Positions 24,801 to 36,800 of a stretch of DNA of 64,000 bases are shown here, piece after piece; the stretch's first letter is position 1; every line of letters begins with the position of its first letter. This stretch comes from Lama glama (taxonomy: Eukaryota). Made by a program: the position numbers and the translations under genes. The DNA lies in assembly GCA_028534125.1 (NCBI GenBank), contig CM052824.1:50406001-50470000 (forward strand). Reading direction: 5' to 3'. The notes below the pieces were generated by a model, which made no database searches, was not told the DNA's origin, and worked only from the letters and a program-made list of their open reading frames with translations.

Positions 24801-27800
24801 CTGTCCCTTATCCTCCTGCTGACTCACCCCATGCATGCTGCTGCCATGACACCTACATCATGTTTCTTTCCTGAATTCAGATCAGAGGCGAAAGGACCTT
24901 GGTCCCTACAACAGTCCAGACTGCACACAAATGGACAGTTAGTGCCATTCGCCTCAGGGCAACCGGACAGAAATCTGAAACATCACGTTTTCACTGTCCT
25001 CAAAAGCCCACACGCTTCACCCCTACCCTCCCACCCCACCCTCCATGCACGTACGCTGTCTCTGGGAAGTAAGGCATGAGAAACATCTTTGAGGAGCAGG
25101 TCCCATCAGCAATGAATGGTTGTGGTCATACCCCTGGAGTGACTGGGTCTCCCTCTGCAGGCCCTGGTTGCTGAGCAAGAAAGCAAGGATAGTGGTGGAG
25201 CAGCTGTGGCCGAGCAGGTGCTTAGCATCATGGAGATCATTCTGGATGAGTCCAACGCCGAGCCTCTGAGTGAGGACAAGGTGAGTGCATCTGCAGACTC
25301 TGCCTCATTGCCAGTCACTGGCGTGTTTGTGTCCAGCTGTGTCAGCCGAGATCTGCTGAACCTGCTCAGCTCATAGGAATGGCAAGGCTCAACTAATGGT
25401 GACATCATTACATTGAAGCCTGAGCTCCAGATTCAGAGGCAACAAAGTTGCCAAGGAGATTCTTTCACTCAGAAGCTGCTCGTTAATGAAGTCCTGGCTG
25501 TCCCAGCTGATAGACAGAGGCTTAGTACAGCCCCTCATTTCATAGTGGAGGGAACTCCAAGTCTAGAGAAATGAACTGAGCCATTTGTTGTCATATAGTT
25601 GGTTACTGCGTAGTTGGAGGCCTAGAACCCACACCGCCAACTCCCAGTTCAGTTTCTCTCTACTTAACGCTGCTGTGCATTCCTTCATTCTTACTGGTGC
25701 TAAGGCTAGAGATACCATCAAATGAATCTCAGGCAGCCAGCATTCTCCTGGGGGAGCAGGAGATTGTGTTGGTATATTTTGACCACCTGGTATTAACAGA
25801 GCCACCACGGAGACTCAGAAAGTAATTTACGAGATGGCCTTCACACTGTTGATTGTTCCCCAGGAAGTGCTGAGACACTTTTCCTAGGGATGACTCTGAC
25901 GGAAGTGGATGACCTTTAGGGGTCTGGTATTGGCTGTATATAGCTAAAGCCCCGACCTTATTAATGGGCCTTCCAACTCCCTCCTTATTGCAGGGCAACC
26001 TCCTCTTGACGGGTGACAAGGATCAGCTCGTGATGCTCTTGGACCAGATCAATAGCACCTTTGTTCGCTCCAACCCTAGCGTGCTCCAGGGCTTGCTTCG
26101 CATCATCCCATACCTTTCCTTTGGAGAGGTGGAGAAAATGCAGATCTTGGTGGAGCGGTTCAAACCTTACTGCAGTTTTGATAAGTATGTTGCTTGGACT
26201 CCAGACAGCTGAATGAGAGTCCCCAGAAAAACCCTGAACTAGTTCTGCGAGAATAAGGAGGAATCACCTGAGTTTCTATTAGATATTTGTCTGCCAGCCT
26301 GGCCTTTAAGAGACTCGGTCCAAACTGGGGAGTCAATAATTAAAATATACTGTGTTAAAGTAGCAGCTGGCAAGGCAGAGAAGGTGAAGTGGTTGGTGAC
26401 ATGGGAGAGGGTATGACAAGATGGAGGAGAATGCGAGAGAACGTTGGGAGCTTGGGGGATGTGGCAGGTAAGAGGGAGAATGGCAGGGGCCAGGTCAGAA
26501 GGGTCTCTGTGTTATGCTCAGGAGCTTGGACTTGAACCTAGAGTTCAGGTCTAATCATTGAAGTCAAGTCACTGAGGATTGTTAACCAAGAGAATAAATT
26601 GATCAGCTTTTATGGCCGTCTTTGCTCTTTCCTCCTAGGTACGATGAGGACCACAGTGGCGATGATAAAGTCTTCCTGGACTGCTTCTGTAAAATAGCAG
26701 CCGGCATCAAGAACAACAGCAATGGGCACCAGCTGAAGGATCTGATTCTCCAGAAGGGAATCACCCAGAGTGCACTTGACTACATGAAGAAGCACATTCC
26801 CAGTGCCAAGAAGTAAGGAGCCCCTCTGTCAGGCGCCTTTTCTCCTTCACCACCTTGGCATCCTTTTGCCTTCCTTGGGGTCTCCCTCCCCTCCTGGAAA
26901 CTAGCGAGGTGACCACGCAGCCACTGCAGAGTCCTTTGGGGCTACGGGCAAGGATGGCAGCTTGTTGGTTTCTGTTTAGAGTACTCGTTTCTATCTGGTT
27001 TCTCAGCTGAGGCGCGTGGTCCTTTGTGATTCTTTATGGTGCGCTGGAAGGGTCACGTCTAAACAAGCCAGAACCCACAGCCTGTTCCTAGGGGGCCTTT
27101 GCTTCTCTGGCCTGCTGATAACACTTTTGTTTTGCAGTTTGGATGCTGACATCTGGAAGAAGTTTTTGTCTCGTCCAGCCCTGCCATTTATCTTGAGGCT
27201 TCTTCGGGGGCTGGCCATCCAGCACCCTGCCACCCAGGTGAGTAACCGGCATGCACGCGGACCTTATTCCTGAGCAGGACACGTCGTGTGAGGGAACCGT
27301 GCACACTCTTCTCATCTCCTGCGACAGCCACCTTGATTAGCCCTGAGACATGACTGCCCTAACATAAGACTCCTGGAGTAGAAGGGACTCTCGGAAGCAT
27401 CTGGTTCATCTCTGTTTGTGGAGAGGATTGAGATCCACTTGTGATTTCCTCATTCATCTCATCCTTATGTGAGGCTTCATTATCTCACGGCTCAGCTGAG
27501 CAGCAGTTGCAAGGGTGTGGCTGGCCAGAGCGTAAAACAGTTTTGATTTTTTGGCCACAGTCCCTGGGACACTTGTAATGCCATCACTGCCATTTTCTGC
27601 TCTGCCTCTGGCAGCCAGAAACTGGGTGGGTTCTCAGGGAGGCCCACCTGTCCACTGTACCGCCCGTCCCTGATAGTCACTGGACCGGGGTACTGGTCAC
27701 CTTCACAAACCCTAACTGGCCCAGACAGGTGGCCAGACTGGATGTGTTTTTTTAACTAAACTTTTTATTTTGAGATAATTTTAGATTCACAAGCAGTCAT

Positions 27801-30800
27801 TAAGAGGTAACACAGAGACATCCTTGGTACCCATTACTAAGTCTCTCTCCCTGGGAACATCTTGCAGAACTGTAGTAAATTATCACAGCCAGGGTACTGA
27901 CGTCGATGCATTCGAATTCAGGACAGTTTCATCACCACAGGGTCCCCTCTTGTTGCCCTTTTATAGCCACATCCACCTTCCCTAACCTGGCAACCATCTC
28001 TCCATCTCTGTAATTTTGTCATGTTAAGAATGTGATAGACTAAATGGAATCATACAGCATGTAACCTTTGGGGACTGGCTTTTTCACTCGGTGTAAGTTT
28101 TTGGTGGTGCGTCCTGGTTGGTGTGCATATCAGTAGTTTGTTCTGTCTTACTGCTGGGCTGTGTCCCCGTTGGGGTTGCACCACTGCCTGTTTAACCATC
28201 ACCCATTAAAGGGCTTCCGGGTTGTTGCTAGTTTGAGGCTGTCACGAATAAAGCTGCTGTGAATGTGCATGTACAGGTTTTTGTGTGAATAAGTTCTCAC
28301 TTTTCTGGGACAAATGCCCAAGACTGCAGTTGCTGACTTGTGTGGTAGTGCGTTAGTTTGCTTTACAAGGAACTGCCAGACTGTCCTCTATCTAGAGTGG
28401 CTGCACCTCTCTGCGTTCCCACTAGCACATGTGAGCAATCTGCATTGTCTGCGTCCTCCGCAGCATTTGGCGGTGTCACTATGTTTTATTTTGGCCTTGC
28501 TGATAGATGCGGAGTGACGTCTCATGGTTTTCATTTGCGTTTCGCTATGGGCTAACGATGCTGCACACCTTTTCATGTGCTTCATATGTCTGTCTGCTGA
28601 GAGATCTGTCCATATTTTTTGCCCATTTTCTAATAGTATTGTTTTTTTTTTTAAGGTTGAGTTCTGAGAGTCCTCAGGACTGCATTTTTTTTTCTGTTTA
28701 GAGCAGCCTACCTTGAATATAGTTGCACGTTCTCACTTGGTAATCTGTTCTGAGAACTCATTCCAACAACGTGGTTAACTGATTACAGTAAAGATTCTTT
28801 CATATGTCTTGCTCCAATAACTATTGTTCTCAACTTTTGTTCAATTCAGTGGAGACAGTCATAATTAATACCTCTTTGTGGAGATAATTCTTCCTACGTA
28901 AGAGTTTTTTCACTTATTTTTCCCCCAGCTTGGAACATCTTTATTTTGAATGTGGGTAAATCAAGGGACAGAACAGTGATTTGGCCGCAGTAGCAACACA
29001 GAGCTGAGAATTCAGGTCAGGGGATTCCAGGCTTATTCTTAGCTACTAAATTGAATTACTTAAAAAATAAGGCTTAATCTCTGACCATTCGCTTCTCTTT
29101 CAACACGTATTTATGTAGTGCCTGGCGTGTGCCTGTGCTGGGTTAGGCTGAGGCAGTATTGGTGAACAAGACAGTCACAGTCTGTGCCTTCTGGGAGCTT
29201 CCTGTCTGGTGGAGGGTAGAGTTAAATACGTAGTGATAGCTGAGGGGGTAAGTGCAGTGTGGAAGGGGTCAGAGGAAGGAGGATTTCTAATGAGGGAGTA
29301 TGGCACCTGCAAAGGCTCAGAGGCAGGAGAGCTTAAAGCACTCCAGGAATCGGAAGGCAGTTGCACTGAAGGTGAGGCATGGCAAGAGCTGTCGCTGGAG
29401 ACATGCGCTTGGGTCCAGATCACATTCTCCAAGGAGAGGAGTGTGGTTTTCTTCTGAGGATAGTGCCCCTGGCCATATTTTAGAAGATGAATTGGAAGGA
29501 GGTGAGATGAGAGGTCGAAAGAACAGTTGGCAGGCTTTTACAATAGTCTTGGTGAGAGGCCATGGCAGCGGGACTCTGGTTAGTGCAGTGGACAGTGAAT
29601 GGATTCGGCAGAGCTCTGGGAGGTGGAATAAATGGGATTTGGAGATGGGTTGCATGAGGGGGAGTGAAGAGCTGGATGAATGCAGAACTCTCCTCAGTGC
29701 CTGGATTAAGTGACAGGGGAGTGGTGGTGTCAGCAGAAGAGATGGAGAGCCTAGGAGGGTTGGGATGAGGTGGAGGAGAGTCCGCTGTGTTAGACTATTT
29801 TTGTAACTAGAACATAAGCTTCAGGAGGGCAGGAGCTTTGTTTCCCCAACACCTGCAACACTGCTTCACACACACGTGTGTACACACATGCACAGTAAAC
29901 ACCCAGAGTGTTGAGTGTAGGGTTCCTGTGGAACACTGAGTAAGCAGTTGAACTATGAGCGTTGAGGACTGTGAGATGTCAGCTAACCTGAAGTTTTCCT
30001 GAGGTACAAATTTGAAGCATACCTGCTGTGAAAAGAGATTTACGAGCTAGTGAGTGACCTGGGTGCTGAGCTCTCACATTGCAAGCTGGCTTTGTTGTTT
30101 TGATTTATTGTCAAGTATGAATTGTCAACTCACTAGTGATGGGGTGGTGCGGATTTCTCAGTGAGCTCGCCTGGAGAGCTTTTTTAGACTCTACACTTGC
30201 CTTCAGTGTTGTGATGTTTTCCCATCCCCGTCAATAGTGTGGTGCCAACATTTTTAAGCATAGGGATTTTTTGGGTTTACTTTTTTTTTTTTTTAGTTTT
30301 TTTCTCATCCCCACTTCCCCATGTAGTTGTACCTCTGGAATCCCTAAGTTGAGAAAACTCCTGTGCTCCTGGGTTTGGTGACCCCAGATGAAGAACTCAG
30401 CACAGCCCTGGGAATGCCAAGGGCCTGCTGTGCCCAGTGTGGTCACGAGTTCACCACGAGGCTTCGTCAGCTGCTGCTTCTCCAGGGAATCTTACCTGAG
30501 CTCCTTGCACTTGGACTGTGCTGGGGGCTTTGCATATGTTATCTGAGTCAGTCATCACAGCAGCCCTGGCACTGCCCCCCTCTTACAGAGAGGGATGTTG
30601 AGGCTGGAGAGCATGGTGACCAGTCTGGTCAGTGGCAGAGCCTCAATCTCTTCCATTTGTCCAAATCTCTTGAAATGTAAAATCAAAGGATCTGATTGAA
30701 ACCAAGCAGATGACATGAGATTGTGCACATTCTGTTAATTTTTTTAAACCTTTAAGCCCCTGAGAAGAACACTTGGCTACATAATTGGAGGCCTTCATCT

Positions 30801-33800
30801 CTCTGGTCCCTTCTTGGCAGGTTCTGATTGGAACTGACTCCATCACAAACCTGCATAAACTGGAGCAGGTGTCCAGTGATGAGGGCATTGGGACCCTGGC
30901 AGAGAACCTGCTGGAGGCGCTGCGGGAACACCCTGACGTGAACAAGAAGATTGACGCGGCCCGCAGGGAGACACGGGCTGAGAAGAAGCGCATGGCCATG
31001 GCCATGAGGCAGAAGGCTCTGGGCACGCTGGGCATGACGGTATGGCCGCGTGGTCGTGCCTGCCCTGGTGATGAGGAGGTGGCAGTGGCACAGTGTGGAC
31101 AGAGACGGGTGGGGATTGGTGAAGGCGAAGGCTGGACGGTGGGGGAGGAGGACGGGGGCGGAGAGAAGGAGGAGTGCTGGGCACTGTGCTAGAGGCTGCA
31201 CCTTGTCTGACTTTCCCGGCAACCCTTAGAGATGGGACTGTCCTTGTTCTGCTCTACAGATGAGACTTGGAGGTTAAATGACTTAACAAGTTCACAAAAA
31301 CGGGAAAAATGGTGATAACTTTGTTTATCAAGGATTTACTATATGCCAGCCACTGTGCTTAGGCACCTTACTTGTAAGATTTTATTTAAGCCCTCAAGTG
31401 GTTCTGTGAGGTTGGTATTATACCCATTTTCTAGATGAACTAATTGAGGCCGAGAGGTGATGTAAATAGGCCAGGGCACGTAACTAACAAGTGGTTGATA
31501 GGCATTTGAACCGGGTCTGTTCAATGTGAAGGGCTCTGTGCTCTTTTCACTGGCCCACTGTGGAGGAAGCAGTAGCCTTTTCCAGACCAACACACTTGAG
31601 TGTCAGCAGTTTTAAAACTCCCATGGGAACAGTAAGTGACTCATACTGCAACAGCCCTTGGCAGCTGAGACTTGGTACTGCTGGCACAAAGAAAGGGGAC
31701 TGTTTTGGTGGCAAGTGGCGGCGTGCCAGGGTTCCAGCTGGATGGCTTCCTCTGCTTCAGTGGTTCCTGTAGGAAGAGATGGCAGGAGAATCTGGGTCTT
31801 TACCCTCATTAGAAACCAGCTGAAGAGCTTTCCTTTCAGTCCTTTAGTGTATATGGACAGTCGGCCCTGTGCCTGCGTGTCCCCAAGCTGTGGTGGGAGG
31901 GTGGGTGGATCCCCTCCTGACATGCGCCTGGTTCCTCCTACAGACGAATGAAAAGGGCCAGGTTGTGACCAAGACGGCGCTCCTGAAGCAGATGGAGGAG
32001 CTGATTGAGGAGCCGGGCCTCACGTGCTGCATCTGCAGGGAGGGGTACAAGTTCCAGGTACAGCTGCTGGCCCTGTAGGCAGTCGTGAGGGCCCGAGCTT
32101 GCGGGTGCAGCCTGGCCCCCTGTTCCGGTGGCCTCCCTCTCCTGTTCTTAGGCCAGAGTCAAGGCTCATGTCTTAAGGCCAGCTGTCCTCTTTAAAGGCA
32201 GGAAGAGAAACTGATTTGAACATTAGTCAGATCATTGTCTTCATCAACACTGTCACCATCAACAACCACTCATTGGGTTCCTTCTGTATGCTGGGCCCTG
32301 TGCCCGGAGCCTTTGTGTTAACTGGCTAATTTTATCTTTAAAACTGTAAAAAGCCCTAATTTATGGATGAGAAAACAGTTCACGTAGCAGAGCCCAAGTT
32401 CTAGCCCAGGCTCTCTGACTCCCGACCTGAGACTTCAAAAGACACCACGCAGCTGCCATTGCAGATAGCTGGGGGAGATCAGGACCCCGGCTTTCTAGGC
32501 TTCACCAAACTAGATTTACATCTGAAAGGAGAAGAACAGCAGGGAACCAGTTTGCTCCACTAAAGGCCGTTTTAAAAGGCATCCTCTTCCTCTCCAGCTT
32601 AAATTTACTGCTTAGCACCCAAGTTCCTTGAAGGGCAAGTACCCTGGGCCACAAGCCCTGCGAGTCCTGCTGCGACACAGGCTCCTTGGAGCCTTTTGGT
32701 AAGTTTTGAAAAGCAGGTGACTTACCAAGAAGGCACTTTATTCTTCGTTTTCAGATGAATGAAGTAAAAACAAAAGGACAGTTCAGGCTTACATTTTTGC
32801 CCTTCTGTCTGCGCAGCATCCTTTATTTTGGTTGCTCCCCACCCGTATTTCCTGGGGCTGTGCCCAGCCAAGTGCTTAACCAAGAGACTGAGGGGCTCAC
32901 TGTCACCCCCTCTCCCGAACACATCCCCTCCTCAGAAGGCAGGCGCTGGGGTCTCCTCTGCTCTCCTGCACCCCTTCCAGCACCCGCCTTGGAGTTTCTC
33001 ACCTCTCCTGCCCATGTTGTCTTTGCAGCCCACCAAGGTCCTGGGCATTTACACCTTCACCAAGCGGGTAGCATTGGAGGAGATGGAGAACAAGCCCCGG
33101 AAGCAGCAGGGCTACAGCACCGTGTCCCACTTCAACATCGTGCACTACGACTGCCACCTGGCTGCTGTCAGGTAGGCCTGGCTCTTGTGGAGTGGCTCCT
33201 TCACCATGTCTCCCCTCAGTGTGCATCAGCTCTAGACCTGGGTCACTGCAGGGAGTGGGCAGCTTGCTCAGGGCCGGGACAGGGAGTGGGTGGGACCACC
33301 GCCCCGAGGCTTCAGTTCTCTTCCTTAGTCTCTGGGAAGTAGGGTGTCCTCCCTTCAACCATATGGGCCCAAGAGCCATTCCTGCCATTTGACCAGGAAA
33401 GTACACTCGGCTTTTTGCCCAGGGCTGCTGAGAGCAGTCTTGCTGACCTGAAGCAGTGAGGCCGGTGCTGACCATGTCGCAGTACAATGGCTGGTTCTGT
33501 CTGTGGTCGGGCACATTAGCTTACTTCCTTGATGTTAACAAGCCCTTCTCTACCTCACTCAGCCAGCTGCCTGGTTGCCAAATTAATTCCTGCAGTCACT
33601 TGTCCCTGCTCTCCTCCCAATCTAGGCTGGCTCGGGGCCGGGAAGAGTGGGAGAGTGCCGCCCTTCAGAACGCCAACACTAAGTGCAACGGGCTCCTTCC
33701 GGTCTGGGGGCCCCACGTCCCTGAGTCAGCTTTTGCCACCTGCCTGGCAAGGTGAGTGTGGAGTGTTTTGCGTGATGGAAAGAGGATTCTCAGGAGATGG

Positions 33801-36800
33801 GGGAAGATCAGCTGTCAGTCCAGCCCCCAGGGCACCATGTCCTGTCAGCTTCAACAGGAACCCACGTGTTTCTCTGCTTACTGACAGGGGAGCTGTTCAA
33901 ATGGAAGGGCTCTGCTGGGAGAAACCAGCGGTCTCAGCCTCGCGTCTGGCGCAGTGCGTGCACTCTCCAGCGATCTGCCGCCTCTCCTCCGCTGCTGTTC
34001 TAAGACACGAAACACAGGGCCCCTGACTTGGTCCTTGAGGCCAGAGTTTCCCAGAGTTTACTTTTATTTCTCTGAGGTTTAAATAATGAAAATAGCTTAA
34101 TGGCATGGGGCGTATCTTTCAGAGCCTCCCTGGACCTAAAATCCAGAGTAGAGTAGCTAAACCTTCTTTGAGGTCCTCATCTCTTGCAGATGCCTTGTGG
34201 AGTGGTGCCCTACCCCAAGTCCTATTTTAAAGCTCAGGGATGGAAAGGTACTTGCCATAGACCAGGTTCTTGGCAGTGATAATGATGAAAGTAATGTTGG
34301 GCAGTGTATTGAAATGCTTACCATGTGTTATTATTATACACGTTCTATAGATGAAGAAATCAAGACACACAGTTAATCAGAGGTAGAGCCCAGATAGATG
34401 ATAACGTATATTGACATAGAAAAAAACTTCTATTTGGAGGTTGAGGTGATCAGGAAGAGCACCCTGTCAGTCAGAATCAGTACGTCCTACATTGCTTCTT
34501 CCAAAATGTACTTCCAGATGTGTCACAGTATGTCCTATGACATTGGTCCATCGAGAGATGGGCTCTGCAAAACCGCGCGTTCTCATCAAAGCTTGGAGAG
34601 CATCGCCTTCCATCACAGTGGAAATGAAAGTGGCCCCTGCGTTTGTCTTCCAGCCCAGCTCTTGTCCTTGACTCTCTTTCGTTCTCCGTCCATATCTGTG
34701 TAACCTTCACAGCCAGTGGCCCGATGAGGGGCTCTGCCTTCCCAACAGGGAACTTGATTCCATCTCACCGTCCGTTGTGCTTCTCCCTAGGCACAACACT
34801 TACCTCCAGGAGTGCACGGGCCAGCGGGAGCCCACGTACCAGCTCAACATCCACGACATCAAGCTGCTCTTCCTGCGCTTCGCCATGGAGCAGTCATTCA
34901 GCGCGGACACCGGTGGGGGCGGCCGGGAGAGCAACATCCACCTGATCCCGTACATCGTTCACACTGTGCTTTACGTGCTGAACACGTCAGTATCCCATGT
35001 CTCGGGGCCGCCCGGGCTGACCGACCCTGTGTTCCCCTGCCCAGCGAGCTCTCCCAGCTTTCCCACATCCGCTATAGTTAGTTCCAGAACTAACGTCTGG
35101 CCCAAGGCAGCCTTTACCAAAGTCGGAATGTTCATCTGCGCCCTTTTAGAGTCACACAGGATAAAGCAGGAGGGTGGCTTTTCCAAAACTGTCTCAGCTC
35201 CTGCCAGAGGCATCCAAGGGCTGCATCCTTGGACTGACCTGCAGCCCAGAGCGGAACAGGAAGTGGAAGAGGCCAGATCATCAAAGCTTCTGCTTCAGTG
35301 TAGCCTCTACTTGCAAGACTCTGTTCCCTTGGATGGGGGAGGCTGTGGGTCCGGGCTGCACACAGTCACTGTCAAGGGCACACAGGTTGTTACAGCTCGT
35401 TTCATAGTTTGAGGATGTGGCAGAAGCAAACACCGATTATTTCAGAAATGGAAACTGGACTTGATCCCCCTGTTTCCTCTCCAGTGAGTAATGCTTCTGG
35501 CAACTGTCAGGGGAGAGGGGTTGTTGAAGATTATTTGGGAAAGTCAACTGAGAAGGAAGGTAGCCTGGGAAAAAACCCAGATTTTTGTCTTTAGCTGTAT
35601 GTACGTGGTGAATCAGGTTGATACATGAAGGTGTTATTTTTTAATTTAATTTAATTTTTTTTGTTTGTTTCTTTTTTTGCTTTAAAGGTGTAATTTTAAA
35701 GAAATGCTAAGTGGGCAGAGAACAGTCTTTCATTCCACCCTAGATTTAATATACTTTAGCTCTTAGATTTAATTTTAACGGTCTCATCCTTTTCAGCCCC
35801 GTCTTCCGCAGGAGTCGTACACACCTATTGGGCAGAGTATTGACAGGTTGTTGAGAGGCTGCGTACAGTCCACCCAAGGCAGCTGCAGTTCAGTTTAGGC
35901 AACAGAACAATCTGTCTCTTGTCCTTTCTGGTCTTCATCAAAGTTATTTTCTCCTTCCCTCCCATTTCCTTATGAGATAAAAGGCTGACCTGGAGACCAC
36001 AGGCTTCATTGTTAAAAAGAGGCACTGGCGGGTCTCCATCAGTCATTACATCATCTACTCAAATGTTCAGGCTGTCAGAAGAAGCACCTGCATCATTGAC
36101 AGTACAAACATTCCCATTATCGAAACTGCTTCAGGCCTGAGCAGTGCTAATTGCCAGTGTCCGTGGGGCCTTTGACAGAGCCCTTGTCTCTTCTTGGCAG
36201 CCGTGAGGTAGAGTGGACTTTTCCGTTCTCTGGGGAGAAATGCAGACCCAGAGAGGCAGCATGATTTGCCCAGCAGAACAGAGCTGGTGGCTTCAGGTGT
36301 TACTGTGTTTCTCAAATGCCAGACATTTGTAACCCATGCTCACGTCCCTTAGCGGGGGGGGGGGGGCGCTGTGTCCTGGTCATCTTGGTCAGCTAGAGGC
36401 TGAGGCAGAAGCTGCCCAGAGAGGCACCGTTTCCCACCGCAGCCTGCTTCCCTCGTCCTTTCATGCTGGCGTGGGCTTGGTCACGGGGGGNNNNNNNNNN
36501 NNNNNNNNNNNNNNNNNNNNNNNNNNNNNNNNNNNNNNNNNNNNNNNNNNNNNNNNNNNNNNNNNNNNNNNNNNNNNNNNNNNNNNNNNNNNNNNNNNNN
36601 NNNNNNNNNNNNNNNNNNNNNNNNNNNNNNNNNNNNNNNNNNNNNNNNNNNNNNNNNNNNNNNNNNNNNNNNNNNNNNNNNNNNNNNNNNNNNNNNNNNN
36701 NNNNNNNNNNNNNNNNNNNNNNNNNNNNNNNNNNNNNNNNNNNNNNNNNNNNNNNNNNNNNNNNNNNNNNNNNNNNNNNNNNNNNNNNNNNNNNNNNNNN

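Noticed and set aside
30643-31222. Antisense ORFs over UBR4 exons (also 6287-6766, 16397-16753, 32999-33514)
   Set aside because: Shadow ORFs caused by codon bias of the sense exon
32755-33342. 195-aa ORF starting at a good acceptor (ttttcag|ATGAATGAA) faintly resembling the preceding exon start
   Set aside because: Similarity is limited to a few codons, it is out of frame with exon 33029, and the rest has no UBR4-like sequence
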